Assembly: GCA_030680605.1 (NCBI GenBank)
Contig: JAUXUQ010000010.1
Coordinates: 148,826 to 212,825, forward strand
Reading direction: 5' to 3'
DNA from: Gammaproteobacteria bacterium
Lineage (GTDB): Bacteria; Pseudomonadota; Gammaproteobacteria; SURF-13
DNA: 64,000 nt
Below, piece after piece: positions 30,201 to 40,538 of this stretch. The number at the start of each line of letters is the position of its first letter. Position 1 is the stretch's first letter. Below the pieces are notes generated by a model. It did no database searches. It was not told the DNA's origin and saw only the letters and a program-made list of their open reading frames with translations. A program made the position numbers and the translations under genes.

Positions 30201-32309
30201 ACCGCTATGCTAGAAAGGCTGATTCTGCCCTCAGATGCCATCAGTGCACTGATTCAGCAGGCCCATGATCGGTTGCTCGCAATGCTGGACCGTCTGCGTA
30301 TGGGCCAGCCACCGGCCGCTGCCGGTGACCTTATTGCGCAGATCAATGAGACGTTACATCCCGCTCCCGCCATGCCCCCTGTCACCGCGCAGGGGGCACA
30401 TAATTCAGAACCGGATGCCGGGTTTCCTGTGGCTATGGAAGAACAGCCTGTGGAGATGGAGGATGGCCGTGCTGGTACATACGCTCAGCGTGAACAGATA
30501 CGTGTCCGCTCAGATATGCTGGATAATCTGGTTGGCCACGCTGCTGAGCTGAGTATCTTGCGCTCGCGCATTGAACAGAAAATAACCGCATTCAAATTCA
30601 GCTTGGTGGAGATGGAGCATACTGGAACGCGTCTGCGCGATCAGTTGCGCCGGCTTGAAATTGAAACAGAAACGCAAATCCTGTTCCGCTATGCCGAGAG
30701 TGGGCGGCCTCATGAGCAGGAGTTTGACCCGCTGGAGCTTGACCGTTTTACCCAGATGCAACAACTTTCACGCAGCTTGCTGGAGAGCGTGAGCGACATC
30801 GCAAGCATTCAGGGGTTGCTGCAGGGCCTGGTGAGTGAATCAGAGATGCTCCTGATGCAGCAGGCGCGAGTGAATACTGACCTGCAGGAGAGTCTGTTGC
30901 GTACGCGCATGGTGCAATTCTCCGCGGTGCTGCCGCGTCTACGTCGTATCCTGCGTCAGACAGGTGAAGAACTGGGAAGACAGGTCGAGCTGCACGTCTC
31001 CGGCGCGGAAAATGAGTTGGATCGTACTTTGTTGGACCGTATGGTGCCTGGCCTGGAGCACATGCTGCGTAATGCCGTGGGCCACGGTATTGAGGGCAGG
31101 GAAGATCGGCTGGCAATGGGTAAGCCGGAAACGGGTACCATCAGCCTGAGACTTGTGCGCGAAGGCACCCATGTCGCTGTCAGTATCAGCGATGACGGGC
31201 GCGGTCTTGATCTGGAGGGCGTGCGCACCAAGGCTATCGAGCGCGGCTTGCTGAGCAAGCACGCCCAGGTAACTGACAGCGAACTGATGCAGTTCATTCT
31301 TGAACCGGGATTCAGTACGGCGCCGGAGATCACACAGATCTCCGGACGCGGTGTGGGTATGGATGTGGTGAGCAGCGCTATCAAGCAGCTTGGGGGGACT
31401 CTTTCCATCAGGTCAGAGAGAGGTGCAGGATCCACATTCACCATGCGCCTTCCCCTTGCATTGTCAGTGAGCCATGTATTGATGGTGCAAGTGGGTGACG
31501 ACGTTTACGCTGTTTCACTCGCCACTGTCGAGCGTGTTATGCGTATCTCACATGAGGAGCTGAAACAGGTATACGCGAGCGAGGAGCGTACATATCGTGT
31601 TTCAGGGCAGAAGTACCCGTTTTTACATCTGGGAACGATGCTGCACGCAAGTCACCCGCAATTGCCGGGACCGGGGGGAAAGGCGACAGCCTTGTTGCTG
31701 CGTACGGGTGAGAAGCGCATCGTAATTCATGTCGATGGTCTGATCGGGAGCCGTGAAATCGTAGTGAAGTCAGTGGGCGTGCAGATCAGCACCATAAGGG
31801 GTATTACCGGAGCCACTATCATGGGCGATGGGCGTGTGGTCTTGGTGCTCGATATTGCTATCATGCTGGATGGCAGTGCCATGTCCTCCACAGTGCCATC
31901 GGCTGCGGGGGAGGCAGGGCATGAGGGTATTACCGTCATGATAGTGGATGATTCCATTACCGTGCGCAAAGTAACCACCCGTCTGCTCGAGCGCCACAAT
32001 ATTTCCGTACTTGCAGCCAAGGACGGTATGGATGCGATTACATTGTTGCAACAGCATGTGCCGGATGTAATGTTGCTGGATATCGAAATGCCGCGTATGG
32101 ACGGCTACGAGCTCGCCGCACATATGCGTGGCGATGAGCGTCTGCGCGATGTGCCGATCATGATGATTACCTCGCGTACCGGTGACAAACACCGCGATCG
32201 TGCCTTTGCACTGGGCGTGAACCGCTATCTGGGAAAGCCCTTCCAGGAGATAGACCTGTTGAACAATATTCATGCCTTGCTGGCCGAACATGTGGAAGCT
32301 CGGCACTGA
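27235..32309 (+). CDS. chpA: Multi-Hpt hybrid histidine kinase ChpA (CheA-like) with a C-terminal receiver domain
   Basis: N-terminus 'MKVARLADYSALNWVKPEIDETL'. At least four Hpt-like motifs (HQVHGTLKM, FHTLKGSGRL, FHTLHGSAAM, LHTLKGGARM). CheA HATPase ('GHGIE', 'DDGRGLD', 'GRGVGMDVV') followed by CheW and REC domains ('VMIVDDSITVRK...DIEMPRMDG...GKPF'). Confidence 0.9.
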
Positions 32310-32319
32310 GGTGGCGTCC

Positions 32320-33369
32320 ATGCCAGGCCCGCTGCCACGCATCGCCATCGTCTCCTGCTCGGAGCAGCAGCGCATGAATCTGGGGCGAATACTTGCCAGC
32401 AATGACTTGCAGGTGGTGCTCAACCAGTCGCCCAGCCACGAACTGTTGACGCTGGCGCGAGAACACAAGGCCGAGGTGCTGCTCATTGACCTGGGCGATG
32501 ACGCCTGCTTCGATGAAGAAGTGCTTGCGTCTTTACTGGGGCAGAATGTATTACCTATGCTGTTCAACGACAGTGCTGCGACGCGGTTCAGTGCCGGAAT
32601 GCCGACAGGGGACTGGGGGCGACGCCTGGCGCGCAAGCTGGCAGTGATCGCGGCTGAAACCCGTAGCCAGTTACCGGTATCCACGCTGTTGCCGCGGCCT
32701 GTGGCCACGCCCGTCAGTGCGCAGAGCCTTGGCAGTGGAGTGCTGCCGGCAGCCGTTGATGTCTGGGTGCTATGCGCTTCAATCGGCGGCCCGCATGCAT
32801 TAAAGAAGTTTCTGGCAGCACTGGCGCCTGGCTTGCCGCTGGCCTTCATACTGGCGCAACATATCGGCATCAAGTTCATTGCCTTGCTGGCTCGGCAACT
32901 GAATCAGGTTTCAGACTACCAAGTACTGCCGGTGCAGGCGGGGGCAACGCTATGTCAGCGGCAGGTAGTGCTCGCGCCCGTGGACGAGGAGATTGATTTT
33001 GACTCTGCAGGGTGCATCCGGTGCACGCCGGTTGCCGAAAATGATGTATTGTACCGTCCGTCCATAGATTCGGTGCTGGCGAAAGTTGCCCGGCGTTATG
33101 GCAAGGGCAGTGGTGCAATAATCTTCAGCGGTATGGGCAATGATGGTGCCGAGGGTGTGCGTGCCATTGCTGCGCAGGGTGGTGAGGTGTGGGCGCAGGA
33201 TTACGCCAGTTGCCTTGTGAGCAGTATGCCGGATCAGGCGCGATTGACCCGCGTTGTGAGCTTCAGTGGTACGCCGGAAATTCTTGCGCAACGGCTGTCG
33301 CAGCGTTACGCAACTTCGGTTGCTGCAGTCGCACATCCGTTGCCAATGCAGCAGGAGCGCACTGCATGA
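32320..33369 (+). CDS. chpB: Chemotaxis methylesterase ChpB (CheB-like) with a degenerate N-terminal receiver
   Basis: C-terminal CheB methylesterase with catalytic serine context 'VWVLCASIGGPHAL'. The N-terminal REC-like domain has 'IAIVSCSEQQ' where the Asp-Asp pocket normally lies. Confidence 0.85.
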   Translation: MPGPLPRIAIVSCSEQQRMNLGRILASNDLQVVLNQSPSHELLTLAREHKAEVLLIDLGDDACFDEEVLASLLGQNVLPMLFNDSAATRFSAGMPTGDWGRRLARKLAVIAAETRSQLPVSTLLPRPVATPVSAQSLGSGVLPAAVDVWVLCASIGGPHALKKFLAALAPGLPLAFILAQHIGIKFIALLARQLNQVSDYQVLPVQAGATLCQRQVVLAPVDEEIDFDSAGCIRCTPVAENDVLYRPSIDSVLAKVARRYGKGSGAIIFSGMGNDGAEGVRAIAAQGGEVWAQDYASCLVSSMPDQARLTRVVSFSGTPEILAQRLSQRYATSVAAVAHPLPMQQERTA

Positions 33370-33830
33370 GCGCTGCCGAATCAGCAGTCCATTGTCAGTT
33401 ACTGCCGCTCAGGAATGAGCATTTGTTGCTACCCAGCACTGTCATCGCCGAGGTGATACGCTTTGGCGCACTGGAGCCGATGGAGGGGGTGCCACCCTGG
33501 CTGCTGGGGCGGATTGCGTGGCGGGATCGTGCCATTGCGGTGGTTTCATTTGAGGTCGCCTGCGGTGAGCAGATCCCTGCGGAAAGCCGGCAGACGAAGA
33601 TTGTGGTATTGAGTGCCCCGGGTGACAATGCCCAACTGGATTTCTGGGGGGTAGTGGTGCAAAACATGCCGCAATTGCTGCAGGTCAGTGAAGCCAACCT
33701 TGACATGGTCGAGCACGAGACCGAGCTGCACCCGCTTAGCTACTGCCACGTGATCGTGAATGGCAAGACCGCCATCATACCCAATCTGAGCGCACTGGAG
33801 GAAAGGCTGCTGGCTAGTATGCCCGGTTAG
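33366..33830 (+). CDS. chpC: CheW-like protein ChpC
   Basis: About 154-aa CheW domain. The ATGA start overlaps the chpB stop. Confidence 0.75.
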   Translation: MSAAESAVHCQLLPLRNEHLLLPSTVIAEVIRFGALEPMEGVPPWLLGRIAWRDRAIAVVSFEVACGEQIPAESRQTKIVVLSAPGDNAQLDFWGVVVQNMPQLLQVSEANLDMVEHETELHPLSYCHVIVNGKTAIIPNLSALEERLLASMPG

Positions 33831-35116
33831 CCCAGGACTTCACGCGCGATAGCGCGATGGCCGATGTCGGTACGGTAATACATGTCGTTCCAGTGTATGA
33901 GCCGGGCCAGCGTGTACGCACGCCGCTGTGCTTCACCCACGGTATCCCCCAAGGCGCAGGCGCACAGTACGCGTCCACCCGCCGTTGTCACCACATGGTC
34001 ACGCAACTGGGTGCCGGCATGAAACAACATGCTGTCGGCAGGCGGTATCTGATCCAGGCCGTGGATGACATCACCGCTGCGATACGGTCCGGGATAGCCG
34101 CCTGCGGCCAGCACCACACCCAGTGCCGCGCGCTCGTCCCATTTTGCATGGATCTCGTGCAGGCGCTGGTCGAGCGCCGCGTTACACAAATCAACCAGAT
34201 CGGAGCGCAGGCGCATCAGGATCGGCTGAGCCTCCGGATCGCCGAGCCGGCAATTGAATTCCAGTACGCGCGGGCTGCCGTCCTGGGCAATCATTAGCCC
34301 GGCATAGAGGAAGCCGGTATAAGGGTTGCCTTCGCTGGCCATGCCGCGCAGGGTGGGCTCGATCACCTCGCGCAGGATGCGCGCATGCAGTTCCGGTGTC
34401 ACTACCGGCGCGGGTGAATATGCCCCCATGCCGCCGGTATTGGGGCCGCGATCACCATTGTCGCGCGCCTTGTGATCCTGCGCAGTCGCCAGTGGCAGGG
34501 CGTGGCTGCCGTCCGCCATCACAATGAAGCTCACTTCCTCGCCAACCAGGAATTCCTCAATCACCACCCGCCGACCGGCACTGCCGAGGCTATTGCCACC
34601 CAGCATGTCACGAATGGCGCTGGTGGCTTCGGCCTCGTTCTGTGCGATCACCACTCCCTTGCCAGCGGCCAGGCCATCGGCCTTGATGACTATGGGCGTG
34701 CCGACAGACGCTACATAGGTACAGGCGGCATCGATGTCAGTAAAGGCGCAATAGGCCGCGGTGGGGATATGGTGGCGTGCGAGAAAGTCCTTGGCATAGG
34801 TTTTCGAGCTTTCCAGCTGTGCCGCTGCGCGCACAGGGCCGAAGCAGCGCAGCCCTGCCGCAGTAAAGGCATCGACCACGCCGAGCGCGAGCGGTACTTC
34901 CGGGCCGACAATGGCGAGGGCTATGGCGTTCTCGTGCGCAAAGCTGGCCAGGGCGCCGATGTCATCGGCCGCGATGGTGACATTTTCCAGCTTGGGTTCA
35001 TGCGCCGTACCGGCGTTACCGGGCGCGACAAAAACTGTGCGCACCTTGGGCGACTGTGCAACTTTCCATGCCAGCGCGTGTTCGCGTCCGCCGCCGCCAA
35101 TGACAAGCACCTGCAT
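33827..35116 (-). CDS. purD: Phosphoribosylamine--glycine ligase
   Basis: N-terminus 'MQVLVIGGGGREHALAWK' and an ATP-grasp domain. Confidence 0.92.
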   Translation of the reverse strand: MQVLVIGGGGREHALAWKVAQSPKVRTVFVAPGNAGTAHEPKLENVTIAADDIGALASFAHENAIALAIVGPEVPLALGVVDAFTAAGLRCFGPVRAAAQLESSKTYAKDFLARHHIPTAAYCAFTDIDAACTYVASVGTPIVIKADGLAAGKGVVIAQNEAEATSAIRDMLGGNSLGSAGRRVVIEEFLVGEEVSFIVMADGSHALPLATAQDHKARDNGDRGPNTGGMGAYSPAPVVTPELHARILREVIEPTLRGMASEGNPYTGFLYAGLMIAQDGSPRVLEFNCRLGDPEAQPILMRLRSDLVDLCNAALDQRLHEIHAKWDERAALGVVLAAGGYPGPYRSGDVIHGLDQIPPADSMLFHAGTQLRDHVVTTAGGRVLCACALGDTVGEAQRRAYTLARLIHWNDMYYRTDIGHRAIAREVLG

Positions 35117-35119
35117 GTG

Positions 35120-36688
35120 TTAATGCCGGAAGTGGCGCATGCCGGTAAAGACCATGGCAATGCCATGCTCGTTGGCGGCAGCGATGACCTCCGGGTCGCG
35201 CATCGAACCACCCGGCTGGATCACGGCGCTGACGCCGGCTGCCGCTGCGGCATCCAGGCCGTCGCGGAAGGGGAAGAAGGCATCACTGGCCAGTACGGAA
35301 TCATTGATAGTGAGACCGGCGTCGGCGGCCTTGATGGCGGCGATGCGCGCGCTGTAGACGCGACTCATCTGGCCGGCGCCAATGCCGGTAGTCATGGCGT
35401 CCTTGCAGTAGACGATGGCGTTGGACTTGACGAAGCGCGCCACCTTCCAGGCAAACAGCAGGTCTTGCATCTGTGTTGGCGTCGGCGCGCACTGGGTAAC
35501 AATTTTGAAGTCCTGGGGATTAATAATGCCGAGATCCTGATCCTGTACCAGCAGCCCACCGTTGATGCGCTTATAGTCGAAGCTGGCGATGCGCGCCGCA
35601 GACCAGGGGTCGCAGGCGAGTACGCGCAGGTTGGGTTTGGCGGCAAGCAGTACCCGCGCCTCGTCGCTGTAGGCGGGCGCGATAATGACCTCGACAAACT
35701 GCCGTTCGAGGATGGTCTGCGCCGTGGCGGCATCCAGCGGCTCGTTGAAGGCAATGATGCCGCCGAAGGCCGAGGTGGGGTCGGCGCTGTAGGCGCGCTG
35801 ATAGGCCTCGCGCGGCGTCTTGCCGAGTGCCACGCCGCAGGGGTTGGCATGCTTCACGATCACGCAGGCCGGCGCCTCGGTGAATGATTTTACGCATTCC
35901 AGCGCGGTGTCGGCGTCGGCGATATTATTGAATGAAAGCTCTTTGCCCTGGATTTGACTCGCGTTGCTGACGCAGGCCGCCGGTGGTTGATGCTCGGTGT
36001 AGAACGCGGCCCGCTGATGCGGATTTTCGCCGTAACGCAGCACCTGGGTCTTGCGAAACTGGGCGGTATAGGTGCGCGGGAAGACGGTAACGCGCTGACC
36101 GGTGCTGTCGAGTGTGCCGAGATAGTTGGCGATGGCGGCGTCGTAACACGCGGTGTGTTCAAACGCCTTCACCGCCAGCAAAAAACGCTGCTGGTCGCTG
36201 ATGCCACCGTGGGCTGCAATCTCGTCCAGCAGCGGGCCATAGTCCGCTGCATCGACCAGCACCGTGACGGCGGCAAAATTCTTGGCCGCCGCGCGCAACA
36301 TGGCTGGACCGCCGATGTCGATATTTTCAATCGCCTCGACAAAGCTGCAGCCGGGCCGGGCAATGGCGGCCTCGAAGGGGTAGAGGTTGACGATCAGCAG
36401 ATCGATAGGAGCAATGTCGTTCTGCGCCATCACTGTCTCATCCATGCCGCGTCGACCCAGCAGGCCGCCATGGATTTTGGGATGCAGGGTCTTGAGGCGG
36501 CCGTCCATCATTTCGGGAAAGCCGGTGTGGTCGGAGACCTCAACGACTTGGACACCATTCGCGGCCAGCAGTTTGGCGGTGCCACCGGTGGAGAGAATTT
36601 CAACGCCGAGTTGCTGCAAGCGCTGTGCACATTCGATGATGCCGGTCTTGTCGGAGACGCTGATAAGGGCGCGTTTAATCAGGGGCAT
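35120..36688 (-). CDS. purH: Bifunctional AICAR formyltransferase / IMP cyclohydrolase
   Basis: N-terminus '[11 protein letters not shown]' with MGS-like and AICARFT domains. The purH-purD order is conserved. Confidence 0.92.
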   Translation of the reverse strand: MPLIKRALISVSDKTGIIECAQRLQQLGVEILSTGGTAKLLAANGVQVVEVSDHTGFPEMMDGRLKTLHPKIHGGLLGRRGMDETVMAQNDIAPIDLLIVNLYPFEAAIARPGCSFVEAIENIDIGGPAMLRAAAKNFAAVTVLVDAADYGPLLDEIAAHGGISDQQRFLLAVKAFEHTACYDAAIANYLGTLDSTGQRVTVFPRTYTAQFRKTQVLRYGENPHQRAAFYTEHQPPAACVSNASQIQGKELSFNNIADADTALECVKSFTEAPACVIVKHANPCGVALGKTPREAYQRAYSADPTSAFGGIIAFNEPLDAATAQTILERQFVEVIIAPAYSDEARVLLAAKPNLRVLACDPWSAARIASFDYKRINGGLLVQDQDLGIINPQDFKIVTQCAPTPTQMQDLLFAWKVARFVKSNAIVYCKDAMTTGIGAGQMSRVYSARIAAIKAADAGLTINDSVLASDAFFPFRDGLDAAAAAGVSAVIQPGGSMRDPEVIAAANEHGIAMVFTGMRHFRH

Positions 36689-36712
36689 GCAGTGTTCAAA
36701 CGTGAAAGCGGC

Positions 36713-36996
36713 TTATTCCAGGCCATGCAGGTTGAGTTTCTTGCGCAGGGTGCTGCGGTTCAGGCCCAGTATCTCGGCGGCCTTGCTCTGGTTGCCATGC
36801 GTATGTTGCATCACGCTTTGCAGCAGGGGCTGTTCGACTTCGCAAATGACCATCTGGTAGAGGTCACCTGACTTGTGGCCGTCAAGATCCTTGAAGTAGG
36901 TTTCCAGCGCAGTACGGATACAGTCGCGCAGGGGTTTATTGGGGCGGTTGTCGCACGGTAGTGCAGACTTGCCGTGGTGTGTTGCGCTGCTCATGC
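36713..36996 (-). CDS. fis: DNA-binding protein Fis
   Basis: 94 aa with C-terminal HTH 'QSKAAEILGLNRSTLRKKLNLHGLE'. Sits downstream of dusB, the conserved dusB-fis operon. Confidence 0.9.
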
Positions 36997-37986
36997 TGCC
37001 AGCTCCGTTTGATTTGCACCATCCACCAGTCGGTCGAAGAACTCGCGGGTGAGCGCCACCTGCTGTTCGAGGCCGCTGGCGGCATTGATGGTTTGGCGGA
37101 ACAGCGCTCCTCCGCTTTGGCCCTTGCTGTACCACGATAAATGTTTGCGGGCCATCAGCACACCGGTATGCTCACCATAAAATGCGTACAGATTGCGCAT
37201 GTGATCGAGCAGGATGTCACGAATTTCATGTATGCCGGGCTCCGGCAGGTGTTCGCCGGTGGTGAGATAGTGGGTAATGGCGCGGAAAATCCAAGGCCGT
37301 CCCTGGGCGGCGCGGCCGATCATCACGCCGTCGGCGCCGGTATAGTCGAGTACGTGTTTGGCCTGTTCCGGGGTGCGGATGTCGCCGTTGGCGAGTACCG
37401 GGATGCGGACCGCGGCCTTGATCGCGGCGATGGTGTCGTATTCGGCCTCGCCGGTGTAGGCGCAGGCGCGGGTGCGGCCATGCACCGCCAGTGACTGGAT
37501 GCCGCAGGCCTCGGCGATGCGGGCCACCACCACGCCATTGCGGTTGTCCTTGTTCCAGCCAGTGCGGATTTTCAGGGTGACCGGTACGTCGGCGGCTTTG
37601 ACTACAGCCTCGAGGATGCGCGCGACCAGTGTTTCGTCCTGCAGCAGGGCCGAGCCCGCCATGACGTTGCATACCTTTTTGGCCGGGCAGCCCATGTTGA
37701 TGTCGATGATCTGGGCGCCGTTGTCGGCGTTGTAGCGGGCGGCTTCGGCCATCAGCTTGGGGTCGGCGCCTGCAATCTGTACCGCGCGCGGCTCGATCTC
37801 GCCTTCGTGGTTGGCGCGGCGGCGGGTCTTCTCGCTGCCCCACAGCAGGGAGTTGGATGACACCATTTCGGAGACGGCCATGCCTGCGCCCAGGCGCTTG
37901 CACAACTGGCGGAATGGCCGGTCGGTAACGCCCGCCATAGGTGCAAGCACCAGAGAATTATGAAGTGTGTAGGGTCCGATCTGCAT
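36991..37986 (-). CDS. dusB: tRNA-dihydrouridine synthase B
   Basis: TIM-barrel Dus family with 'LAPMAGVTD' and 'IDINMGCP'. The stop overlaps the fis start. Confidence 0.9.
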   Translation of the reverse strand: MQIGPYTLHNSLVLAPMAGVTDRPFRQLCKRLGAGMAVSEMVSSNSLLWGSEKTRRRANHEGEIEPRAVQIAGADPKLMAEAARYNADNGAQIIDINMGCPAKKVCNVMAGSALLQDETLVARILEAVVKAADVPVTLKIRTGWNKDNRNGVVVARIAEACGIQSLAVHGRTRACAYTGEAEYDTIAAIKAAVRIPVLANGDIRTPEQAKHVLDYTGADGVMIGRAAQGRPWIFRAITHYLTTGEHLPEPGIHEIRDILLDHMRNLYAFYGEHTGVLMARKHLSWYSKGQSGGALFRQTINAASGLEQQVALTREFFDRLVDGANQTELAA

Positions 37987-38075
37987 AGGGAAGGCTTTTT
38001 TAATGTACACGTGTCTGCTGGGCAGACGATTTTATTATAGTTTGTGCGCCGCGTGTTCAGCGACGCGCCTGCACG

Positions 38076-38390
38076 TTAGCTTATGGTGGTCTCGAGGGCG
38101 TCACGCCCGCCCAGATTATCTACCCAACTCAATGCGATGGTATCGCCTTTTTTCCCGCCCTTGAAGTTAAAGGCAATATAGGGATTTTTTGAGACGGCTA
38201 TGCCCCAGTCAGCTGACAACACAACAGCGCCATTATGCGTACAGGTGATTTCCTGGACGAAGTGCGCGGGGATCGGAGCACCGGTCTTTCTGTCCTTGAA
38301 CAGGCCGGTCTCCATCACGTGCAGAATCAGGGCCTTGACGGTGGTGACATCACCTTCCAGTGTTGCGCGTAGCTTGATGGTATCTGACAT
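38076..38390 (-). CDS. soxZ: Thiosulfate-oxidation carrier protein SoxZ
   Basis: 104 aa with SoxZ-like 'IKLRATLEGDVTTVKALI...FKGGKKGDTIALSWVDN'. Sits directly downstream of a soxY-like gene. Confidence 0.75.
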   Translation of the reverse strand: MSDTIKLRATLEGDVTTVKALILHVMETGLFKDRKTGAPIPAHFVQEITCTHNGAVVLSADWGIAVSKNPYIAFNFKGGKKGDTIALSWVDNLGGRDALETTIS

Positions 38391-38414
38391 AGAGTTTTTT
38401 GCCTGCTTCAGTCT

Positions 38415-38879
38415 TCAGTTGCCGCAGCCGTTCAGTACAACCCTGACTTTCTTGCGCGTGCTGTAGCGCCTGCCGCCCGCCACGACCACCGCCGTGACGT
38501 GCGAAGTCTGCGCCATTTTGATGTTGGCTTTGATGAACGGGTTGACGTTCGATCCAAGCTTGAAGTGGGCTACCAGGGCGCTCGGGTTCTTCTCCACCAG
38601 AATCAGGATGGCCTCGGCTTGGGGCAGAGAGCTTTCGATGGTGACCGGCACCACGGCGCCATTTTCGGCCAGATCCGTGACGCTCAGTTGTATCTTGTCA
38701 CCGGCCTCTACCGTCTCGCCGTCACCAAACAGGGCGCGCAACGCCCCATGGGAATTCCTCTCGCGGAAGGCCTCGACGGGCCAGGCGGCGACCGCCAGTC
38801 GCGGGAGGTACAACAGCATCCCCCCCAACGCGCTCGCCAGCGTGCCCAATAAAAAGCGTCGGCGTGAATTGTCCATCAC
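38415..38879 (-). CDS. soxY: Sulfur-carrier protein SoxY (Tat signal; variant C-terminus ...NGCGN)
   Basis: Twin-arginine signal 'NSRRRFLLGTLASALGG', a SoxY beta-sandwich region, and a C-terminal Cys within 'GCGN' (canonical is 'GGCGG'). Confidence 0.7.
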   Translation of the reverse strand: MMDNSRRRFLLGTLASALGGMLLYLPRLAVAAWPVEAFRERNSHGALRALFGDGETVEAGDKIQLSVTDLAENGAVVPVTIESSLPQAEAILILVEKNPSALVAHFKLGSNVNPFIKANIKMAQTSHVTAVVVAGGRRYSTRKKVRVVLNGCGN

Positions 38880-38961
38880 GGGTGTGGTACTCCTGGCTTG
38901 CCGGGAAAGTCAGCCTGCGGAACTGAACGCCAATTATAGCCGATGTGGGGGTGGGGCGTCA

Positions 38962-40443
38962 TCAGTGTTTGTCCTCCTCGGACAGCTCGTCCTGGAGCTG
39001 TTTCAGCCGCGCCTCCATCTGCGAGCTGCGGTAGAAGTCGCTGTCTGCGGCCTTGATACCGGCCTGGAGCTGCTCGACAGCGGCTCCGGTCTGGCCATTG
39101 AGATAGTAATGCTCGGCCAGCGCCTGATGTGCAGCTGCGGTCTGGCCGGCGGCGATCTCGGCATCGGCCAGCAGCTTGTACAGCGCCGGGTCGGGCAGGC
39201 GGCGACGCACGAAATCACCCAGCAGGCGGCGTGCCTGATCCGGCTGGCCAGCCCGCAACAGGGCGCGGCTGTAGTTCAGGGTCAGCACCGGGTTACCGGG
39301 CAGTAACTGCAGGGCGTCGGCATAGGCGCGCAGTGCCTGAGGTATACGGTTGTCCGCCAGATCGACCTGGGCCAGGGCATTAATATAGGCCGTGCGCTCC
39401 CTGTCCGTGGCCAGCAGGGCGTTGAGTTCGGTGCGCGCGGCGGCATACTCGCCACTGGCGGACAGTGCCAGCGCGTAGCCATAGCGTTCTGCGGCCGCGT
39501 TGCGGTATTGCCCGCTTTCCAGTGCGGCGGCAAAACGTTGCGCCGCTTGCTTCGGGTTGACTTCCTTCAGCACCCGCAGCTTGGTGCGCACCAGATGGTA
39601 GTTGAGATTGTCGCTGAGCTGGCGGTAGGGGTATTGCTCGGCGCGGTTGCGGGTGTCGGCAATACGCGATTCGTCGACCGGGTGGGTGCGCAGGAATTCC
39701 GGCACACTGGCCCCGACATAACGGCTGGTCTTTTGCAGGCGCTCGAAGAAGCCCGGCATGTAACGCGGGTCGAAGCCGGCGCGCGCCAGCATCGGCACGG
39801 CTACCCGATCGGCCTCTTCTTCGTTGCTACGGGTGAAGTTGATCTGCGCCTGCACGGTACCTGCCTGGGTTGCGGCCAGTGCGGCCTGGCCCAGTTGGCT
39901 GTTCTGCGTGCCGATGAGGATGGCGGCGAGAAAGGCCGCGGTACTGGGCAGGCTCATCTTGTTGGCCGCCTCAATCCGGCGCGCCAGGTGGCGCTGGGTC
40001 AGGTGCCCAATTTCGTGCGCGATCACCGAGGCCAGTTCACCCTCGGACTCGGTCGCCATGATCAACCCGCTGTGCATGCCGATAAAACCGCCGGGCGCGG
40101 CAAAGGCGTTGATGGAGGGGTCGTCCACCACGAAGAAGGTAAAGTCGAGCGACTGGTTATCGCTGTGCGCCGCCAGCTGGTAGCCCAGCGAGTTGATGTA
40201 CTGGCTGACCTCCGGGTCGTCCATGATCTTGAGCGACCGGCGGATCTCGCGCATGAAGGCCTCACCCATCCGGCGCTCATCGGCAGGCGAGATGCTGCTG
40301 CCCGCCGTGTCGCCGATGTCCGGCAGATTGAGGTTGAGCGCAGCGGCCTGGGTGGGCTGCTGAAGGGCAGCGAGCAGAAACAGGGTGCACAAGTGACGCA
40401 GCTTCAAGCGGTAGTCCTGGCTGGCTGGAGGATACGGCATCAA
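38962..40443 (-). CDS. bepA: M48-family zinc metalloprotease with C-terminal TPR repeats (BepA/YfgC-like), periplasmic
   Basis: HEXXH 'HEIGHLTQRH', a signal peptide, and multiple TPR-like repeats C-terminally. Confidence 0.8.
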   Translation of the reverse strand: MMPYPPASQDYRLKLRHLCTLFLLAALQQPTQAAALNLNLPDIGDTAGSSISPADERRMGEAFMREIRRSLKIMDDPEVSQYINSLGYQLAAHSDNQSLDFTFFVVDDPSINAFAAPGGFIGMHSGLIMATESEGELASVIAHEIGHLTQRHLARRIEAANKMSLPSTAAFLAAILIGTQNSQLGQAALAATQAGTVQAQINFTRSNEEEADRVAVPMLARAGFDPRYMPGFFERLQKTSRYVGASVPEFLRTHPVDESRIADTRNRAEQYPYRQLSDNLNYHLVRTKLRVLKEVNPKQAAQRFAAALESGQYRNAAAERYGYALALSASGEYAAARTELNALLATDRERTAYINALAQVDLADNRIPQALRAYADALQLLPGNPVLTLNYSRALLRAGQPDQARRLLGDFVRRRLPDPALYKLLADAEIAAGQTAAAHQALAEHYYLNGQTGAAVEQLQAGIKAADSDFYRSSQMEARLKQLQDELSEEDKH

Positions 40444-40538
40444 TGGTTAAGACCGCGCCGGCCGCTATCGGTTCAGGTGGGCGGTCCCGGGGCTCTCCTA
40501 TATACTGCGACAGTTTAACGTAACCTTTGGAAGGAAAC

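Noticed and set aside
34472-36871. Long plus-strand ORFs (471 aa and 305 aa) antisense to purD and purH
   Set aside because: Antisense to strongly conserved purine genes. Gly/Arg/Ala-rich low-complexity translations typical of high-GC shadow ORFs.
39508-40518. 336-aa plus-strand ORF antisense to the M48/TPR protease
   Set aside because: Shadow ORF. No recognisable domains.
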